The notes: a model not told the origin generated them from the letters alone. A stretch of 45,013 nt of DNA from Rotaria magnacalcarata (GCA_965140935.1 CBCSLL010000017.1:161104-206116); one strand, 5' to 3'. Counted from the stretch's first letter, positions 1 to 12,674 are shown. A program made the numbers and translations.

Positions 1-209
1 GTAAGGTCGTCTATGTGTTATATCTGTGAGTTTCGAAATAGGTTAAACGAATGTTGAGAACATTTATGAATAGTAGTCTGCTATCAACCATATGGCGTCT
101 GGAACATAAAAACTACTAATTTTATACACATCTTTCAATTTCTTTCTTTTTTTCTCTCTCTCTTGCTTGTTCTTCTCGATTTTTCTACATACGTATTGTA
201 CTGTTTCAG

Positions 210-552
210 AATATTGTCCGATTGCCATTACTCATACAAATAAAGAAAGTAATGCCAGCTGAAAACATATATTCAATGAAAACACAGGACCGAAATTCTT
301 CTTATCCATTTGCTGAAAGTTCTCTTAGTCATTCAAATAATCAATCGGAAATATTCAATGAAAGACGATGCATATCAACAACCATTCTTACTTCATCACT
401 TGATCATTATACAAAAACAAATGCTGTAAATTATCAAATAGTTGATCAACCAATGCAACTAAATTCAATCGATAATTCATCTTGGATAGAACGATGTAAA
501 CAAAGTATTACAAATATTTTTAAACAAATTTCTAAACCAATCATTAAACAAG
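210..552 (+). CDS. Internal coding exon of an unidentified gene, 5'-partial. Acceptor ctgtttcag|, donor CAAG|gtaaac, phase-1 exit
   Basis: Open frame (the 222..578 ORF of the track) bounded by a canonical acceptor at 208-209 and a GTAAAC donor at 553. Its phase matches the exon at 1844. I recognise no domain. Confidence 0.4.
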
Positions 553-931
553 GTAAACAGTTCTATTCATTAAAATGAATTCATTTGAGTCAGAGAGAGA
601 GAGAGACCGAAATATATATATATACTATAGAATCTGGCTTTTATATAATCTGATTATATGTACGTATCTGCGAGAATTGATTGTTTTTAACCATCTCGGT
701 TTCTTTTCATGTTCGAACTTGTTTAATTACCGATTTCTTTACCCTCGATGCTTCTATCGAAGCAAACTTTATCGGTAAATTTAAGTAGACAAAAGCCAGT
801 CATCGTTGCCTATGTTGTTTTGTCAACATAGCGATAGCTTCAATATTTACTTTCGGCAAATATTTCCTTGTGCATTTTTTGCACTATTGTTGTCAATCTT
901 ATTAATATAAAGCTACTGCGGCATTGACTAC

Positions 932-948
932 ATATATATATATATATA
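932..948. repeat. (TA)n microsatellite
   Basis: Perfect TA dinucleotide run. Confidence 0.9.
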
Positions 949-1025
949 GTGTATGTGTGGGCAAATATCGATCATCAACAAAGCACAAGAAAAAAAGGAG
1001 ACCAACGATCTAGACTCAATTCTAT

Positions 1026-1064
<39 letters not shown>

Positions 1065-1065
1065 A
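1026..1065. repeat. (GAAA)n microsatellite, about 9-10 units
   Basis: Direct tandem GAAA repeats. It is a tetranucleotide SSR and has no spacers, so it is not a CRISPR array. Confidence 0.9.
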
Positions 1066-1843
1066 TTTATTTTCATTATGGCAACTACCGCATCGTCTTA
1101 TATTCATGCCGCGTTTTTCCTTTTGATTCATTCATAAGAATGACAAGTTAAAATCAATGGAGATTTTCTTCTTTTCGTTTTAACATTAATACCACCTGAT
1201 ATTCTAGAAAGAAACAAAGAAAGAAACTTGTTCAACCTGTCATTTATATGTATATATATATTTTATTATAGTTCCTTTGAATACAAATGATAGCTAATAA
1301 ATATAATTTCGCGATTATTAGCAAGTAGATCTAGTTCTCATTGAATATCTAACCTTATTGGTATTCATTCATAGAAGTAAAAGAAATATAACAATCATTC
1401 TTCTGTTTAAATGTTCGTTTGTCTGTATATTAAAGAAAAAGAAAACAATAAAAATGGTGAAAAACGAATTTGTATAGATACACTTGAAAATCTTGGTTGA
1501 ACATGAATTGTTGACTAAGCTTTGAGAAGAAGGTTTATTAAGCAAAAGAAAAAGGTGTCTGTATGTTTTGCACGGCCGACTACGATGCTGTTCGAGAGAA
1601 GAGAGAAAAAAAGAAAAAGAAGGAAAAAGAAATAAGAGCGATACAAAAAAAACCGAGTAATAACAACACCAAGCTATAGTGTTGTTTTAGCAATTTACCC
1701 CTAGCAAGGTTTCACTTGTTACATGGAGAGTTGAGAGGCAAACTACGAAACCTGTAAGAAATTCTCAAGATTGAGTGCATTAGATATTATCAATGTACTC
1801 TTTATACACCTCAATGTTTTTTATCCCGTTTTTTGTTTTATAG

Positions 1844-2376
1844 ATTCAATCATAATGATCAATTCAGGTCATCCACAACTATCTACATTCAATTATGATC
1901 CTGAACTTGATCTAAGTGAAGAACGTTTATTACTTGTTTCGAAGATCTTGTTAACAACATTGCGTGAAAGTAAAATAAAACACTTATCATGTGATAATTT
2001 ATATCTTCCATGCAATCATATTCGTAACATTGCAAGACAATGTTTGGTTATGTCAGCTGAAGAGCCATTTGGTATAATGGGGGCACAAATTAAAATAAAA
2101 TTAACACTACTATCACCGAATATAACAAACACAATAACAAAATATTTGCCAGTCATACGAATAAATCCAAAGCAAAAAACAACATTTGAAATTGAAGTCG
2201 ACCTACGTGAAGATACAAAAGTATTCACATTGAGGCGTATGCTTTCATGGATGAAAGTGTTTCAGCAAATTAAAGAGCGTAGTCCATTATATGTAAGTCC
2301 CCGGTGTTTACTCATTAAAAATGTCTTCTATAAAACAGCTGAGCCCAAACGAGCTCTGGTTAATTCAATGGCATAA
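1844..2376 (+). CDS. Terminal coding exon of the same unidentified gene (…DSIIMINSGHPQLSTFNYDPELDLSEERLLL… stop TAA 2374-2376)
   Basis: Acceptor ttttgttttatag| at 1842-43. The phase-1 entry is completed by the leftover G of exon 210-552 (G+AT=Asp). The frame stays open for 177 codons in AT-rich DNA. Product unknown. Confidence 0.45.
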
Positions 2377-4507
2377 TTAGATTTTATTCTTTTTTTATTC
2401 TTTATATTTATATATATTTTTTTGTTGAACTGTGTCAGATCTAAGTATCATGGAATAGAAAAGAAAAAAGTGTACCTCTGTGCTTCTTTTTTTGTTTACT
2501 GTATTGTTTCTCCTTTTCTTTTTAACGCTACACGTCAAATGTTTCCACCGTTTTAAAGAGAGACTTGATTTTAAATATTTTAGGTCGGTTGTATTCATTA
2601 TTTTGCATCTCGCTCTCTTTCTTTTTCTGCCTTCATATTTTAAGTATGTATAAGTTTGCATAAATACTCAAAATAAAAAAAGAGAAGTTTTCTTTTTTAC
2701 TCTGCGGAGTGAATATTTTATTCAAGTTTATAGATGTCAAGTGCAAAGCAAAGTATTGGTGAGAACGGAAAGAAAAGGTGATAAACATCAGTAGACAACC
2801 GAGAACATTTCGCCAAGTTGATCGGCGTCTTGCTTACAATTAAAATAATGCATTCAAATGCGATAAAGTATATGTTGACTTAAAAGCTATATTCGATAAA
2901 TGAATTTTTCTTTTTGCCGTTTCTTTTCTTGTTTGTCATAAAAGGGCGACGTTTATATGATAAAGTACCCGGTTATTGTAATAAGTAGAATAAAAGATAA
3001 ATTTGACTATAGATTTCATAAATAACCTGCTGCCTGTAGATATAATCAAGTTGATTATCAAATATTCAATGAGAGTTTGCCTTGTAGGCAAAAGAAACTT
3101 TTTTTCTTTCTGTCATCGAAATCCTATAAAAACATATCTATTTGCATTTTACTTTTAGCTCAGAAGAGAATCAAGGTTCAGTTCCTTATAAAAGCAAAAG
3201 CAAACTTTAATAGCTTCATTAATCAGCCTTTTGAATAAAGATGATAATAAGATTATTCAAAAATTATGTGTGTAGTTGTAGATTATTGATTAGGATTCAA
3301 TTTTAGAACAGAACAAAACGACTAGATTTGATCGTAGAAGGAAATACAAGATCTATTCTTTAGTAGTTGTCTTCGTCATAGAGTGAAATTCACATTTGAG
3401 ATCATTGCAACCTATAATAATTCCACAAATTTGTTTTGTCTCATTAAAGTTTTGTGTGATGTGAACGTAGTAAGATGATATAATTACATTGATTATAAGC
3501 ATCAATCCGTTATGCATCGGTTCGAATAGCGATTTTTTTGTCTACTAAAAAACATACGCAGGTGAAAAGTTAGAATAGAAAAAGGATTTCTCTTTGATAT
3601 TGCGCTATTCCATAAGCTAATATTACTTTGTTTTGAGCATTAAAAAACAGTCAGCTAAGTTCATGTTGTATTTTCAAGAATTTTGTAACCAACATATTCT
3701 AAAGTAGATACTCCAGGTAACAAAAATGACGGAATTCTTATCCTAATTTTCTATTGTTTAATGTGAATTAAGAATATTTTCTGCAAAAGAAAAACTTCGT
3801 ACTTTTTTTGAATAAAACCTTATAAACGATTGGTCATCTTCAAGAAGAAAAAGTATCGTACGAATTACAGTGCAACTTTAATTCTGTCATGCTAAGTTAA
3901 AAAGAAAGAGATCCGATCATCCTAATTTATGAATGATTCTAATTCAATACAATTTTTCTATCAATCTTTCGTGCATAAATATTTTATATAAATACAATAA
4001 ACTACCATATAATTTATGCAAGTTTTTTTTTTCGCATGTTAAAAATTGAATGTCAATGGTAACGCATATCTATTCCTTTTGAAACAGATGCAAGTACTCT
4101 TAAGAAAATGATTTTTTTTCTCAATTATTTTCTCTGTTCAATTCAATATTTGAAAATAAGTAATAAATTTAGTTGATGATTTTTTTTTTCAAGAAAGAAT
4201 AAAAGAATTTTATTGAAATTCACTTTTATTCTATGTAGTAGTTTAAAAGTGAGACGTATGTGTTCTCCTTACTGGCTCTTATTCTATTTAATGCTATGTT
4301 AAAGTTCACATATATGCGTTTAGAACTTTTTTTTGCACTCCTAATCAATGTTAATATTCAAACTTGAAACAGAGAAAAAAGTCAAAATGAATAAATAATT
4401 GCAAAGTTCATTTTATATGAAAACAATTAGAATAAATGTTAAATGGATTAAATTGATTTTTGATCGATTCCGAGAATGAAGAGATTTGATTAATTAAAAT
4501 GTACTTT

Positions 4508-4523
4508 TCTCTCTCTCTCTCTC
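4508..4523. repeat. (CT)n microsatellite
   Basis: tctctctctctctc run. Confidence 0.8.
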
Positions 4524-5249
4524 GCTTTCCGTGTGTACGCTAAAGCACCGTGTCGACTACTAGGCCAAAGCTTATTTATTTGAAAAATAAAAAGCAACTT
4601 GATCGATAGACAAACAAGTAGAAAATTGATTATACATGAATAGTTTTCTTTTTTTTTCATAAAAAAGAATTTGAATCAGTGACTGTTTTCATCTTTTTTT
4701 GTTCTTGACGGTATAAAACCATTGAATAATCTTTTTTTTAGAAATGAGGAATGAAGTTATGGGTAAAATATCCTATTTAAGATTTTGGCAAACTCACTTT
4801 TAAGATTATGTTACAATATATTTACGAATATGATTTTCGGATTTCAAATATATTTGCTGTTTTATACTTTGTGGGTAATAAAAAAAGAATGTACGACAAA
4901 GAAAGCTGATACTATTTGTCAAACAGGATTAGCTTCACTTGAGCTCGAAGAATACCTTACTAAAGCATCTGTATTTTATTTTCTAGGAAATAGTTAACAA
5001 ATCCAAATTGAACAAGAAATTTTAGAATAGTAATTTCTTTCGATATATTACCTTTCGAAAACTATGTTTTATTGAAATTATCAAAGTACATGATGTTAAC
5101 TCAGATATAATAACGAAGTTTTTCATAAAAATTTTATACGTATCACTGTACATCTCAATTTCATTTGAGATGTTGTTGTCATGACTTATTGGATGTTTAG
5201 GAATGATTTCAAATTAAAATAATCAAATTTAGAGAATACCCAGGAGAAT

Positions 5250-5620
5250 TATTTCGATAGTAGGATCCTATCGGATTCCGACAAGGGGCAGGCAATGAAT
5301 ATACCGAATATCATATGTGTTTCAACAAAAACCGACGAAATCTTATGGGATTCCTGGACACGGACCTACAGTAGGATCCTTGGTATCGGATCCGATGTCG
5401 GATTTTAACGGAATCCAACCCTATCGAATCACCCTTGCGCTGTGATGGCTCAAAATGTATATTTGATCGTGAATAAGAAAATGATTTTTTCCGGCGGAAC
5501 CGACAATAGGTCCGTGTCCAGGAAAATTCTATCGGATTTTGTCGAGGAGTCGAATCCCATAGGATTCGATAAGATCCGTTGTCGGATTCAGTCACCTGGG
5601 TATAATAGGTAGATTGTAGA
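5250..5620. repeat. Foldback / inverted-repeat element (MITE-like or hairpin locus)
   Basis: Perfect 16-bp inverted repeat CCTGGACACGGACCTA (5353-5368) / TAGGTCCGTGTCCAGG (5507-5522). Imperfect arms extend it (…cttatgggattc… / …gaatcccatagg…). Variants of TATCGGAT(T/C)C recur densely in both orientations. The segment is locally richer in GC than its flanks. Confidence 0.6.
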
Positions 5621-5913
5621 AGTCTCATACAAAAATATTTTCCATCAAATTCATTTCGACTTCTATTTCATCTATCGGTTGTTCGATTTCAAATTTTCGA
5701 TTGATCTGATTGCATAAATAGTTTAATAATAAATTCTAACAATCGTATGATAACTCTTCATTTACAATGCACTTCAACAAAATTTTCCTCCTCGTTTGTT
5801 CTTGATAGTGACAGCTACAGTTTGATTTCTAAAGAAAAATTTCAGGCTTCACTGCATCCTTTGATATATTTACCATGAATAATAAATACATCAACTTCTA
5901 AGAAAGAAAGAAC

Positions 5914-5932
5914 TATATATATATATATATAC
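5914..5932. repeat. (TA)n microsatellite
   Basis: tatatatatatatatata. Confidence 0.85.
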
Positions 5933-6340
5933 ATCAGAAAGAGATGATGGTATATTTATTTCCTAAAATATACAATAGGAGTCTATTAAATTTTCTCTTT
6001 CACTTTTGCACATATACAATATAGCTTCAATTGTTGTTTCAATATTCAAAAGTTCGTTTTTATTGATCTTTATATCTAAATAAATACCATTATAATAGTT
6101 GCTATACACACAGGAATAAAGCAATGGCCTAGACTGTTATTTCATGATTGTTAAGGAAAAAAAAATGCCACCTCCGTTCTTTTCTCTCTAATGTACATTT
6201 GTTGTACTTTCAACTATGCGCGTGTTAGTTATAATTAATGCATCAAGCAATGCAAATTCTCGCCAATCATTAATTATGGGGAAAAAACAAAGTGCACTTG
6301 TCTTAGGCAAGAAAAAGCGTAGAGGAAATTTGAATTGGGA

Positions 6341-6350
6341 GGGGGGGGGG
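6341..6350. repeat. poly-G tract (G10, G13 if the preceding GGGA is counted)
   Basis: gggagggggggggg in DNA that is about 70% AT. Confidence 0.9.
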
Positions 6351-7810
6351 TCATCTTGTCTATTGTAATTCTCACATAGCACAAGAATCATTATCAGCAA
6401 ATAGTCTCCGCTTTTTTTTCTTCTTTTCAAAATTAATTAATTCTAAAATAGAGGCTTTTCAGTCACTTATATTCCTACTGTACAAAAAAAACAACAACAG
6501 AGAACAGTTGATTAGATGCAAAAAGCACTTGTCTGCTTAATCTTTAACTACATACATGAATGATATACTTTAATAAAATTGACGATTAATCGATATCGTA
6601 CAGAATGAATTCATTCGTTTTAGTCAATCGTAGCTTTAAAAATAAATTCATCTACTTGCGTCATGTAGACTAACCCATTGTATAATCCAATTCGATTGGT
6701 ATGCTTCAGTCAAAAGATATTTTTCAACAACAAAAGAGACTAGAATAATTATTATTATATCTTCTCATATAAATCTGTTAGGATTCTTTACTAATAACTT
6801 TTTAAGTGCTCAAAATCGAGGTTTTAGATAAATAAATTAAAAGTCTTCTTTCTATTGAACATTGATCAGATTAGACAACTTCTCGAAAAGGTGCTGCATA
6901 CTTTCATTGATGATTATTTTTTTTTGTTCGAGACCTTATGTAATTCTTCTGTTGACTAGAACATTTCTCCTATGTCACTCTATGTATTCAACAAAATATT
7001 TTTCTGTAGGCCTCATCGTTCGTGAACAATTTCAATATCATCATCAATTAAGTTTTCTCTAATCCTACTCAACCTTCTCGAAGATTAATATTTGTTGTTG
7101 ATTCATCATCACATTGAAAGCTATATAATCCAAATAGATCGAATTTCTTTCAAAATAAAAGCCAGCAATATAGGCTCTTATTAAACTCAAAAGAATTGAA
7201 GATTTTTGAAGTTATCAGATATCTTGTTGAATATTTCTTTGGAGACTAACTAACTGTCATCTGAAATATTCTTCATTCTTCATCTGTTAGAAATTTATCA
7301 GTTGCCATTAAATGAGTGGAGAAATTTTCAAAGAAAACAAAAATATCTTTGATTAAGTTCAATTTAAATTTAATAAACCCTAGACTGATTTCCTCGAGTT
7401 TTTTTTCAAAACATTAAAAACTGTCAAAAAAATCTATCTTTGGAAAATGAAAATACGAAGTTCCAGATCCTATAATCCGCGAAATCTACTCCATTGGAGT
7501 AATATGATATATTTCGTTTCTTTATTATATGAAAAATATTATAAACTAGATCGTATTCGGGTGAAACTCGAATATGAAATGGGGTGTGAAGCATGAAATT
7601 TATTTTTTTGCCTAAAAGACATTGTGGATTCAAATCGAACAGGTTAAATTGCAAAATTTACAAATCATTGTTTCGCGTCACAATAATAACATAACTCTTT
7701 TTAAATCTATGTTCTTATTTTCTAGAACGAGAAATTATTGGAACACTTGCAACTATATAAATATATTAAAACACTATGCTTTTATTAAAAAAAAACTAGA
7801 ATAAATATAA

Positions 7811-7833
7811 ATATATATATATATATATATATA
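7811..7833. repeat. (TA)n microsatellite
   Basis: TA dinucleotide run. Confidence 0.9.
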
Positions 7834-8829
7834 CATTTAGTTTTTTCTTGTGGCATAAAGTCTGATAATTATTTACATCTGGACATTTTTGCACTTGACG
7901 TGTCAATCGTTCAAGCAACAAAAAACTAGAAAAATTTTCATTTCCGATAAGTGCAAATTCTAATCTAAAAGGAAGTAACCATCATTACGCTGTTATCAAT
8001 AGCAATCACTATTTTCCATTTCTAGCTTTGCGTGGTTTAGAAGCATTTAATATTCATGTCATAGAATCCAACAATCAGCCATACATCAAACGTCAGTCGA
8101 AATCATAATCACGAAATACAAGTTTCTTCTGTATTTTTTCAATCAACAATATAATAGTATCTATTATTTGAATTTATTTTTGATTCAATTTACTTTAGGA
8201 CACAATTATTTCGATAAGGTTTGAAGAAAAAAGTTTTTTTTACAGTAGTTATAAACATAAATAATCTCATAAGATATTTAATTCGTATACATAATGTAAA
8301 TAATATTTCATTAGATATAAAAATAAAAATAAGATTTGTTTAATCGTTTGCACTGATATCTTAATCCTAATTTAAATTGTTTTTAAAAAAATCCAAGACA
8401 ATCATAATCACAATCAAATAAAAACAACAATTCTCGGCTGATTTTTAAAACTGTTTTTTTATCATTGAGAATTATTAGAAGTTTTTTTAAAGAAAAACTA
8501 TCATGGAATAGATAGGACTGCTGTAGATGATTGGAACAGTGAATAATTTATGCTGTGCAGAAAAAAGAACGACTGATCTTTGTAGATATTACTGTTTTTT
8601 TGATATGTCATTAATATGAAATTGGCCTCTTTTGCAACAGCTTGTAGTGGATTTGTATCTAGTTTCTTTTATTCAGTTACATTTTGTCATGTTTCATGAC
8701 AAACGCAACAGATAGTCACTCCTATTCGACGCGCACTGATAAAAAAAATGAAGAAGAAGAGAAAAAAGATAGCAGTTTCTTTGGCGACTCACAAACACAA
8801 GAAGAAAAACTCGAAATACATATTTCTCA

Positions 8830-9111
8830 ATGAGCAATTTAGAACCAACGTTACCATCGTCAAGTCAATATCTAACTCCATCGGCTCCAGGAAATAATGC
8901 TCCTAGTCGACCATCGGCAGGGCCCTCTGTGGATGAAGTTTGGCGACTAAGATATGAAATTTCATGTGATCATGCCAAACTTCTTCAATATATAAAAGGA
9001 ATGCTTGAAGAAACAATCACTTTGGACAAACAATATGCTGAAAATCTTCAGAGATTAATGGCAAAAGCTGATTGTATAAAGTCATATGCAAAGGCAAATC
9101 CTATAAATGAT
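8830..9111 (+). CDS. FER: Fes/Fer-type tyrosine kinase, exon 1 (ATG 8830; start of F-BAR)
   Basis: MSNLEPT…DEVWRLRYEISCDHAKLLQYIKGMLEETITLDKQYAENLQRL fits the N-terminal F-BAR helix of Fes/Fer. Donor AATGAT|gtaata at 9112. Confidence 0.8.
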
Positions 9112-9172
9112 GTAATATGAGAAAACTTATTTTATAGTTGTTCTCGAATACTTTTTTATTTTAATTTAAAAG

Positions 9173-9349
9173 GTTTGTCATAACATTTTTCTGCAATGGT
9201 CTAAGCGAGCAACATCGATGCTCTCAAATGCTGAGAAACTTCAATATAGTGTATTTGATGGATTACTTAAAGATCTTCTGGAAAAAACAAACGATTTGAA
9301 AACATTTCTCGAAAACGAAAAATATCAATATGAAGCTGAAATGCAAAAG
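9173..9349 (+). CDS. FER: Fes/Fer kinase exon 2 (F-BAR)
   Basis: Acceptor tttaaaag| at 9171-72, donor CAAAAG|gtaaat at 9350. Phase 0 in and out. Confidence 0.75.
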
Positions 9350-9531
9350 GTAAATATTTCCAACATTTCTCATTTTAATTTAATTATTAATTTAAGCGAA
9401 ATTTAAAAAAAAGATGCGATAGTCATAGGTAAGTTGCATGTTTATATTGTACGATAGGATGTGGTTGTTTAAACAAAACAAAAACTATTGACGTTTTTTT
9501 CATAATCTTTCAATATATTAATTATTTTTAG

Positions 9532-9625
9532 GCTGAAGAAAATGTTAAGGAAGCTGAGGAACGCTATGTAAATGAAGCAAGAGTATTCTGTGCAAAGAAC
9601 GCTGAATTAATGAAAGTCAAAGCGG
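9532..9625 (+). CDS. FER: Fes/Fer kinase exon 3 (F-BAR)
   Basis: Acceptor ttatttttag| at 9530-31, donor GCGG|gtaaat at 9626. Phase-1 exit. Confidence 0.7.
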
Positions 9626-10192
9626 GTAAATTATTAGATTGATTTCATTATCGACTGATCGATCGATGGACCGAGAAAAATTTATCATTTTACGACAAAA
9701 TGCCATTTCATATTAAAATAGTTGATATGCTTCTTGCTGATGTTCAATATAGGTGTCACGATGACAAGAAAAACTTAATTTCACGCAAATTTCATCGCGT
9801 TTGACATAGAAAACTAAATATTACAGAACGATTTCTAAGAGAATAATAAATAGATACACATTGAATTGAAACTCTGACTTTAGATAAATGTCATCGGTTC
9901 CTAGTATGAGATGAGTGCTCAAATATTTCTTGTTTGCGCTTCTTGAAACCATTTCGAGATACATTTATGTTCATCTTTTCAGTTAATGAAAAAATAATCT
10001 TTCACCATACGTAGTTCTAGCATAGCCAAAGCCGAGATATTTTCTATACTCTTCTATTTACTTTCACTAACTACTCAGTCTAAAACGTCTGCTGTAAAGA
10101 CCAATGGGCAACCAGTGGGTTTCAATTCTATGCGTATCTAATCTAATAAATGAACATTTTCACAAGAAGGATTATTTGACAATTACTTTTAG

Positions 10193-10434
10193 CGGCCAGA
10201 ATGAACGATAACAAACAAATCGAGATGGAACGTATCGTAATGGAAAAACGAGATTATCTTTATCATGCACATAACGAATACGTACTTGCAATACGAGAAT
10301 ATGATTTCAATGGCAAACAACAAATATGTAAAATAATTAGTTTAGCTATCTATTTTGAAAAAGCTCAATCAATTCTCGATCAAGACTGGTTCGTTAAAAC
10401 GATTGGTTTTTATATAAATACAGTCGTTTCGGAA
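10193..10434 (+). CDS. FER: Fes/Fer kinase exon 4 (F-BAR; …YLYHAHNEYVLAIREYDFNGKQQ…). 3' boundary uncertain
   Basis: Acceptor acttttag| at 10191-92. YLYHAHNEYVLAI resembles Fer KLHMLHNQYVLAL. I placed the end at GAA|gttatt (phase 0), but the strong GTAAAA site at 10326 is an alternative donor. Confidence 0.5.
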
Positions 10435-10760
10435 GTTATTTGACGAGGGTTATTTTGAAAGTTTACCTATAACTGTAAACGTTCAAAAGAATTCAACTAG
10501 TGATTTATGTAGCCAATTGTGTAATTAAGCATTCTAGGAGAGATTCGAATAGTATTATTTTCGAAAATTCTAGAAGATCGAAAATTCACATTAAGAAAAA
10601 AATTCTACACGAAAATCTTTGTTTGAATTCTTAACAGTATTGAAATCAATAAAAACAAAAAGTTAAAATAAACTTCATCGAATGATTCCGAAAGTTACTG
10701 TATCTATATATATATAATATACTTAATCATATATATATATATATATACGTATATAGGAAG

Positions 10761-10897
10761 TGTCTATTGGAAGCTATAGCTGACTATGACTTTAAGAAAA
10801 ATCATCTCGAAAATTCCAACCAACATGCTAATATGACACTACACCTTAACTCAAAGAAACCAATCCAGCCTAATGACCTACGGATCATAGATTCAAA
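10761..10897 (+). CDS. FER: Fes/Fer kinase exon 5 (coiled-coil linker). Boundaries tentative
   Basis: Open frame CLLEAIADYDFKKNHLENS…DLRIIDS. Donor TCAAA|gtttgt (phase 2) is completed by exon 6. Confidence 0.4.
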
Positions 10898-10907
10898 GTT
10901 TGTATCC

Positions 10908-10943
<36 letters not shown>

Positions 10944-10970
10944 TCTTGTTAAACTAAGTTATTCCAATAG

Positions 10971-11017
10971 TATTCCATTGAGTCAAAAATCGACGATAAA
11001 ATTCAATGATTCAGTCG
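10971..11017 (+). CDS. FER: Fes/Fer kinase exon 6 (47-nt micro-exon). Tentative
   Basis: Acceptor ttccaatag| at 10969-70, donor GTCG|gtaaaa at 11018. This is the only choice phase-compatible with exons 5 and 7. The alternative runs on to 11124 but breaks the phase. Confidence 0.35.
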
Positions 11018-11187
11018 GTAAAAAAGCGGGTTTACCTAATCTTAAAGATAACGAAATTATTACTCATGAATCAGCAACTAGTCAAGTGACAAATGTCGCA
11101 TTAAAAGATAAGTATGCGAAAAAGGTGCTTTTCGCTTAGATTAATTTTTAGTTTTTAGAATTCAAACATTAATATCTGATTTAAAAG

Positions 11188-11248
11188 ACGATATTAATAA
11201 ACTCGAAAACTTACGTCGAGATATTGAACAAACCAAGAATAACGATAT
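11188..11248 (+). CDS. FER: Fes/Fer kinase exon 7 (coiled coil DINKLENLRRDIEQTKNND)
   Basis: Acceptor tttaaaag| at 11186-87, donor GATAT|gtttgt. Phase 2 links it to exon 8. Confidence 0.55.
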
Positions 11249-11303
11249 GTTTGTTATTTCAACTATATGCTTCTTCTACTATAATATTTATTGTATTTTT
11301 CAG

Positions 11304-11457
11304 TTCATATTATGTAAATAAAAGTTTATTTCAAAAAAGTCAACAAGCAGAAAGTTTGCGACAGCAAATTGAATGGAAACAAAATCTAAAAAATGACTTA
11401 CAAGAAGTACTGGACGATATTGGATTTGACGGCCCTGATACTAAAATACCTACTGGT
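11304..11457 (+). CDS. FER: Fes/Fer kinase exon 8 (coiled coil …QQIEWKQNLKNDLQEVLDDIGFDGPDTKIPTG)
   Basis: Acceptor tttttcag| at 11302-03, donor ACTGGT|gtaaga at 11458. Confidence 0.65.
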
Positions 11458-11516
11458 GTAAGAATAAATAATTAAATTGCTCGAAATAAAAATTCTTTAT
11501 TTCTGCTCTGTTTTAG

Positions 11517-11735
11517 CTATCAGACAAACTAGAAGACCTACCATACTTTCATGGCATCATACCGCGTACTCACACTGTTAATCTTTTAATTAACAAAGGA
11601 GATTATTTACTCCGAAAAAATGATCGAGGAAAAATAGTTTTATCAATTTTATGGACTGATCCAGATGATCATAATAAATTGAAAGATGGCCATTATTTTA
11701 TTAATGAAATTAATAACAATGACACAAATGGGACA
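11517..11735 (+). CDS. FER: Fes/Fer kinase exon 9, SH2 domain N-half (FHGIIPRTHTVNLLINKGDYLLRKN…)
   Basis: SH2 FLVRES-type core: PYFHGIIPR, then YLLRKNDRGKIVLSILW. Acceptor ctctgttttag|, donor GGGACA|gtaagt at 11736. Confidence 0.9.
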
Positions 11736-11791
11736 GTAAGTGTCAGATGAGGGTCTGTTTAACTTTAATTTATATATGTATTTATTATTAG

Positions 11792-11974
11792 ATGTATTCA
11801 TTTCACGGTAATTGTTTGTCTAAACTAACAATTCCAAAATTGATATCATATTATGTGCGACAGAAATTAGAATTACGTGATGATGGAACACGATTAATAC
11901 GAGCAGTGGAAAAACCCGATTATATTATTAATCATCATGATGTTAACGTTGATTATACTGACAGATTGGGGAAA
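11792..11974 (+). CDS. FER: Fes/Fer kinase exon 10, SH2 C-half plus SH2-kinase linker
   Basis: MYSFHGNCLSKLTIPKLISYY… parallels Fer [20 protein letters not shown]. Acceptor tattattag|, donor GGGAAA|gtaaga at 11975. Confidence 0.9.
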
Positions 11975-12275
11975 GTAAGATACAAGATAATAAACTAGCT
12001 ATTAATAATTGAAATAGGATGTGGAAATTCAATATTACAAAACAAAACATTTGAATGATGATACCATTAATGTTATTTCATAGCTACTTTTGAAACTATT
12101 AAGTTACTGAATAGCTTAATAGTTGATTGTTTGCTAAGCAAAATAGAGTGTACGTGAATAAAGTGAAATTTCGAAGATTTGATAACTAACCGACACAGTA
12201 GATATTATTTTAAAACATCTTAGGTGACGTTTCTTGATAGGAAATGGATTTTGATTTTGATTTTCTAATTAAAAG

Positions 12276-12492
12276 GGTAATTTTGGTGAAGTATTTCGTG
12301 GTGAATACCGAAACCATAAATATGCAATTAAAATACTTCGTTCGAAAAGCGGAGATGAAAGTTCACGAGATCGAGACAGATTTGTTAATGAAGCACTTAT
12401 ACTTAATCGATATACACATCCAAGAATCGTTAAATTTATTGGTATCGTTGCATCTTGTGAGCCACTTATGATTGTAATGGAATTAGTTAAAC
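12276..12492 (+). CDS. FER: Fes/Fer kinase exon 11, kinase subdomains I-V (GNFGEVFRG…AIKIL…MELV)
   Basis: Gly-loop GxGxFGxV, VAIK-type lysine motif (AIKIL) and hinge MELV. Acceptor aattaaaag| at 12274-75, donor AAAC|gtatga. Confidence 0.9.
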
Positions 12493-12556
12493 GTATGATG
12501 CGCTATTTCACTAAATGACAATATTTTGTTTTTAACTTGTTTATGTGTTTTTCCAG

Positions 12557-12674
12557 GAGGCAGTTTGAGTCAATATGTAAAAGAAAATGATTTCAATGTA
12601 TCACAATTAACGAAAATGTGTCGTGATATTGCAAAAGGAATGGCTTATTTAGAAAGTAATCAAGTTATCCATAG
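12557..12674 (+). CDS. FER: Fes/Fer kinase exon 12 (…AKGMAYLESNQVIH)
   Basis: Acceptor ttttccag| at 12555-56, donor CATAG|gtatgc. The split Arg codon is completed by exon 13, giving HRDLAARN. Confidence 0.9.

Noticed and set aside
1026-1065. Possible CRISPR-like array.
   Set aside because: It is a pure (GAAA)n tetranucleotide microsatellite with no spacers, and the context is eukaryotic.
3500-3535. tRNA-like B-box, GGTTCGAAT at about 3519.
   Set aside because: No matching A-box, acceptor stem or anticodon-arm complementarity in the flanks. It continues …GGTTCGAATAGCG, not the canonical GGTTCGAATCC.
10201-10443. ORF MNDNKQIEMERIV… as the start of an independent gene.
   Set aside because: It is preceded by a phase-matching acceptor (acttttag|) and continues the F-BAR helix of the Fes/Fer kinase (YLYHAHNEYVLAI ~ Fer LHMLHNQYVLAL).
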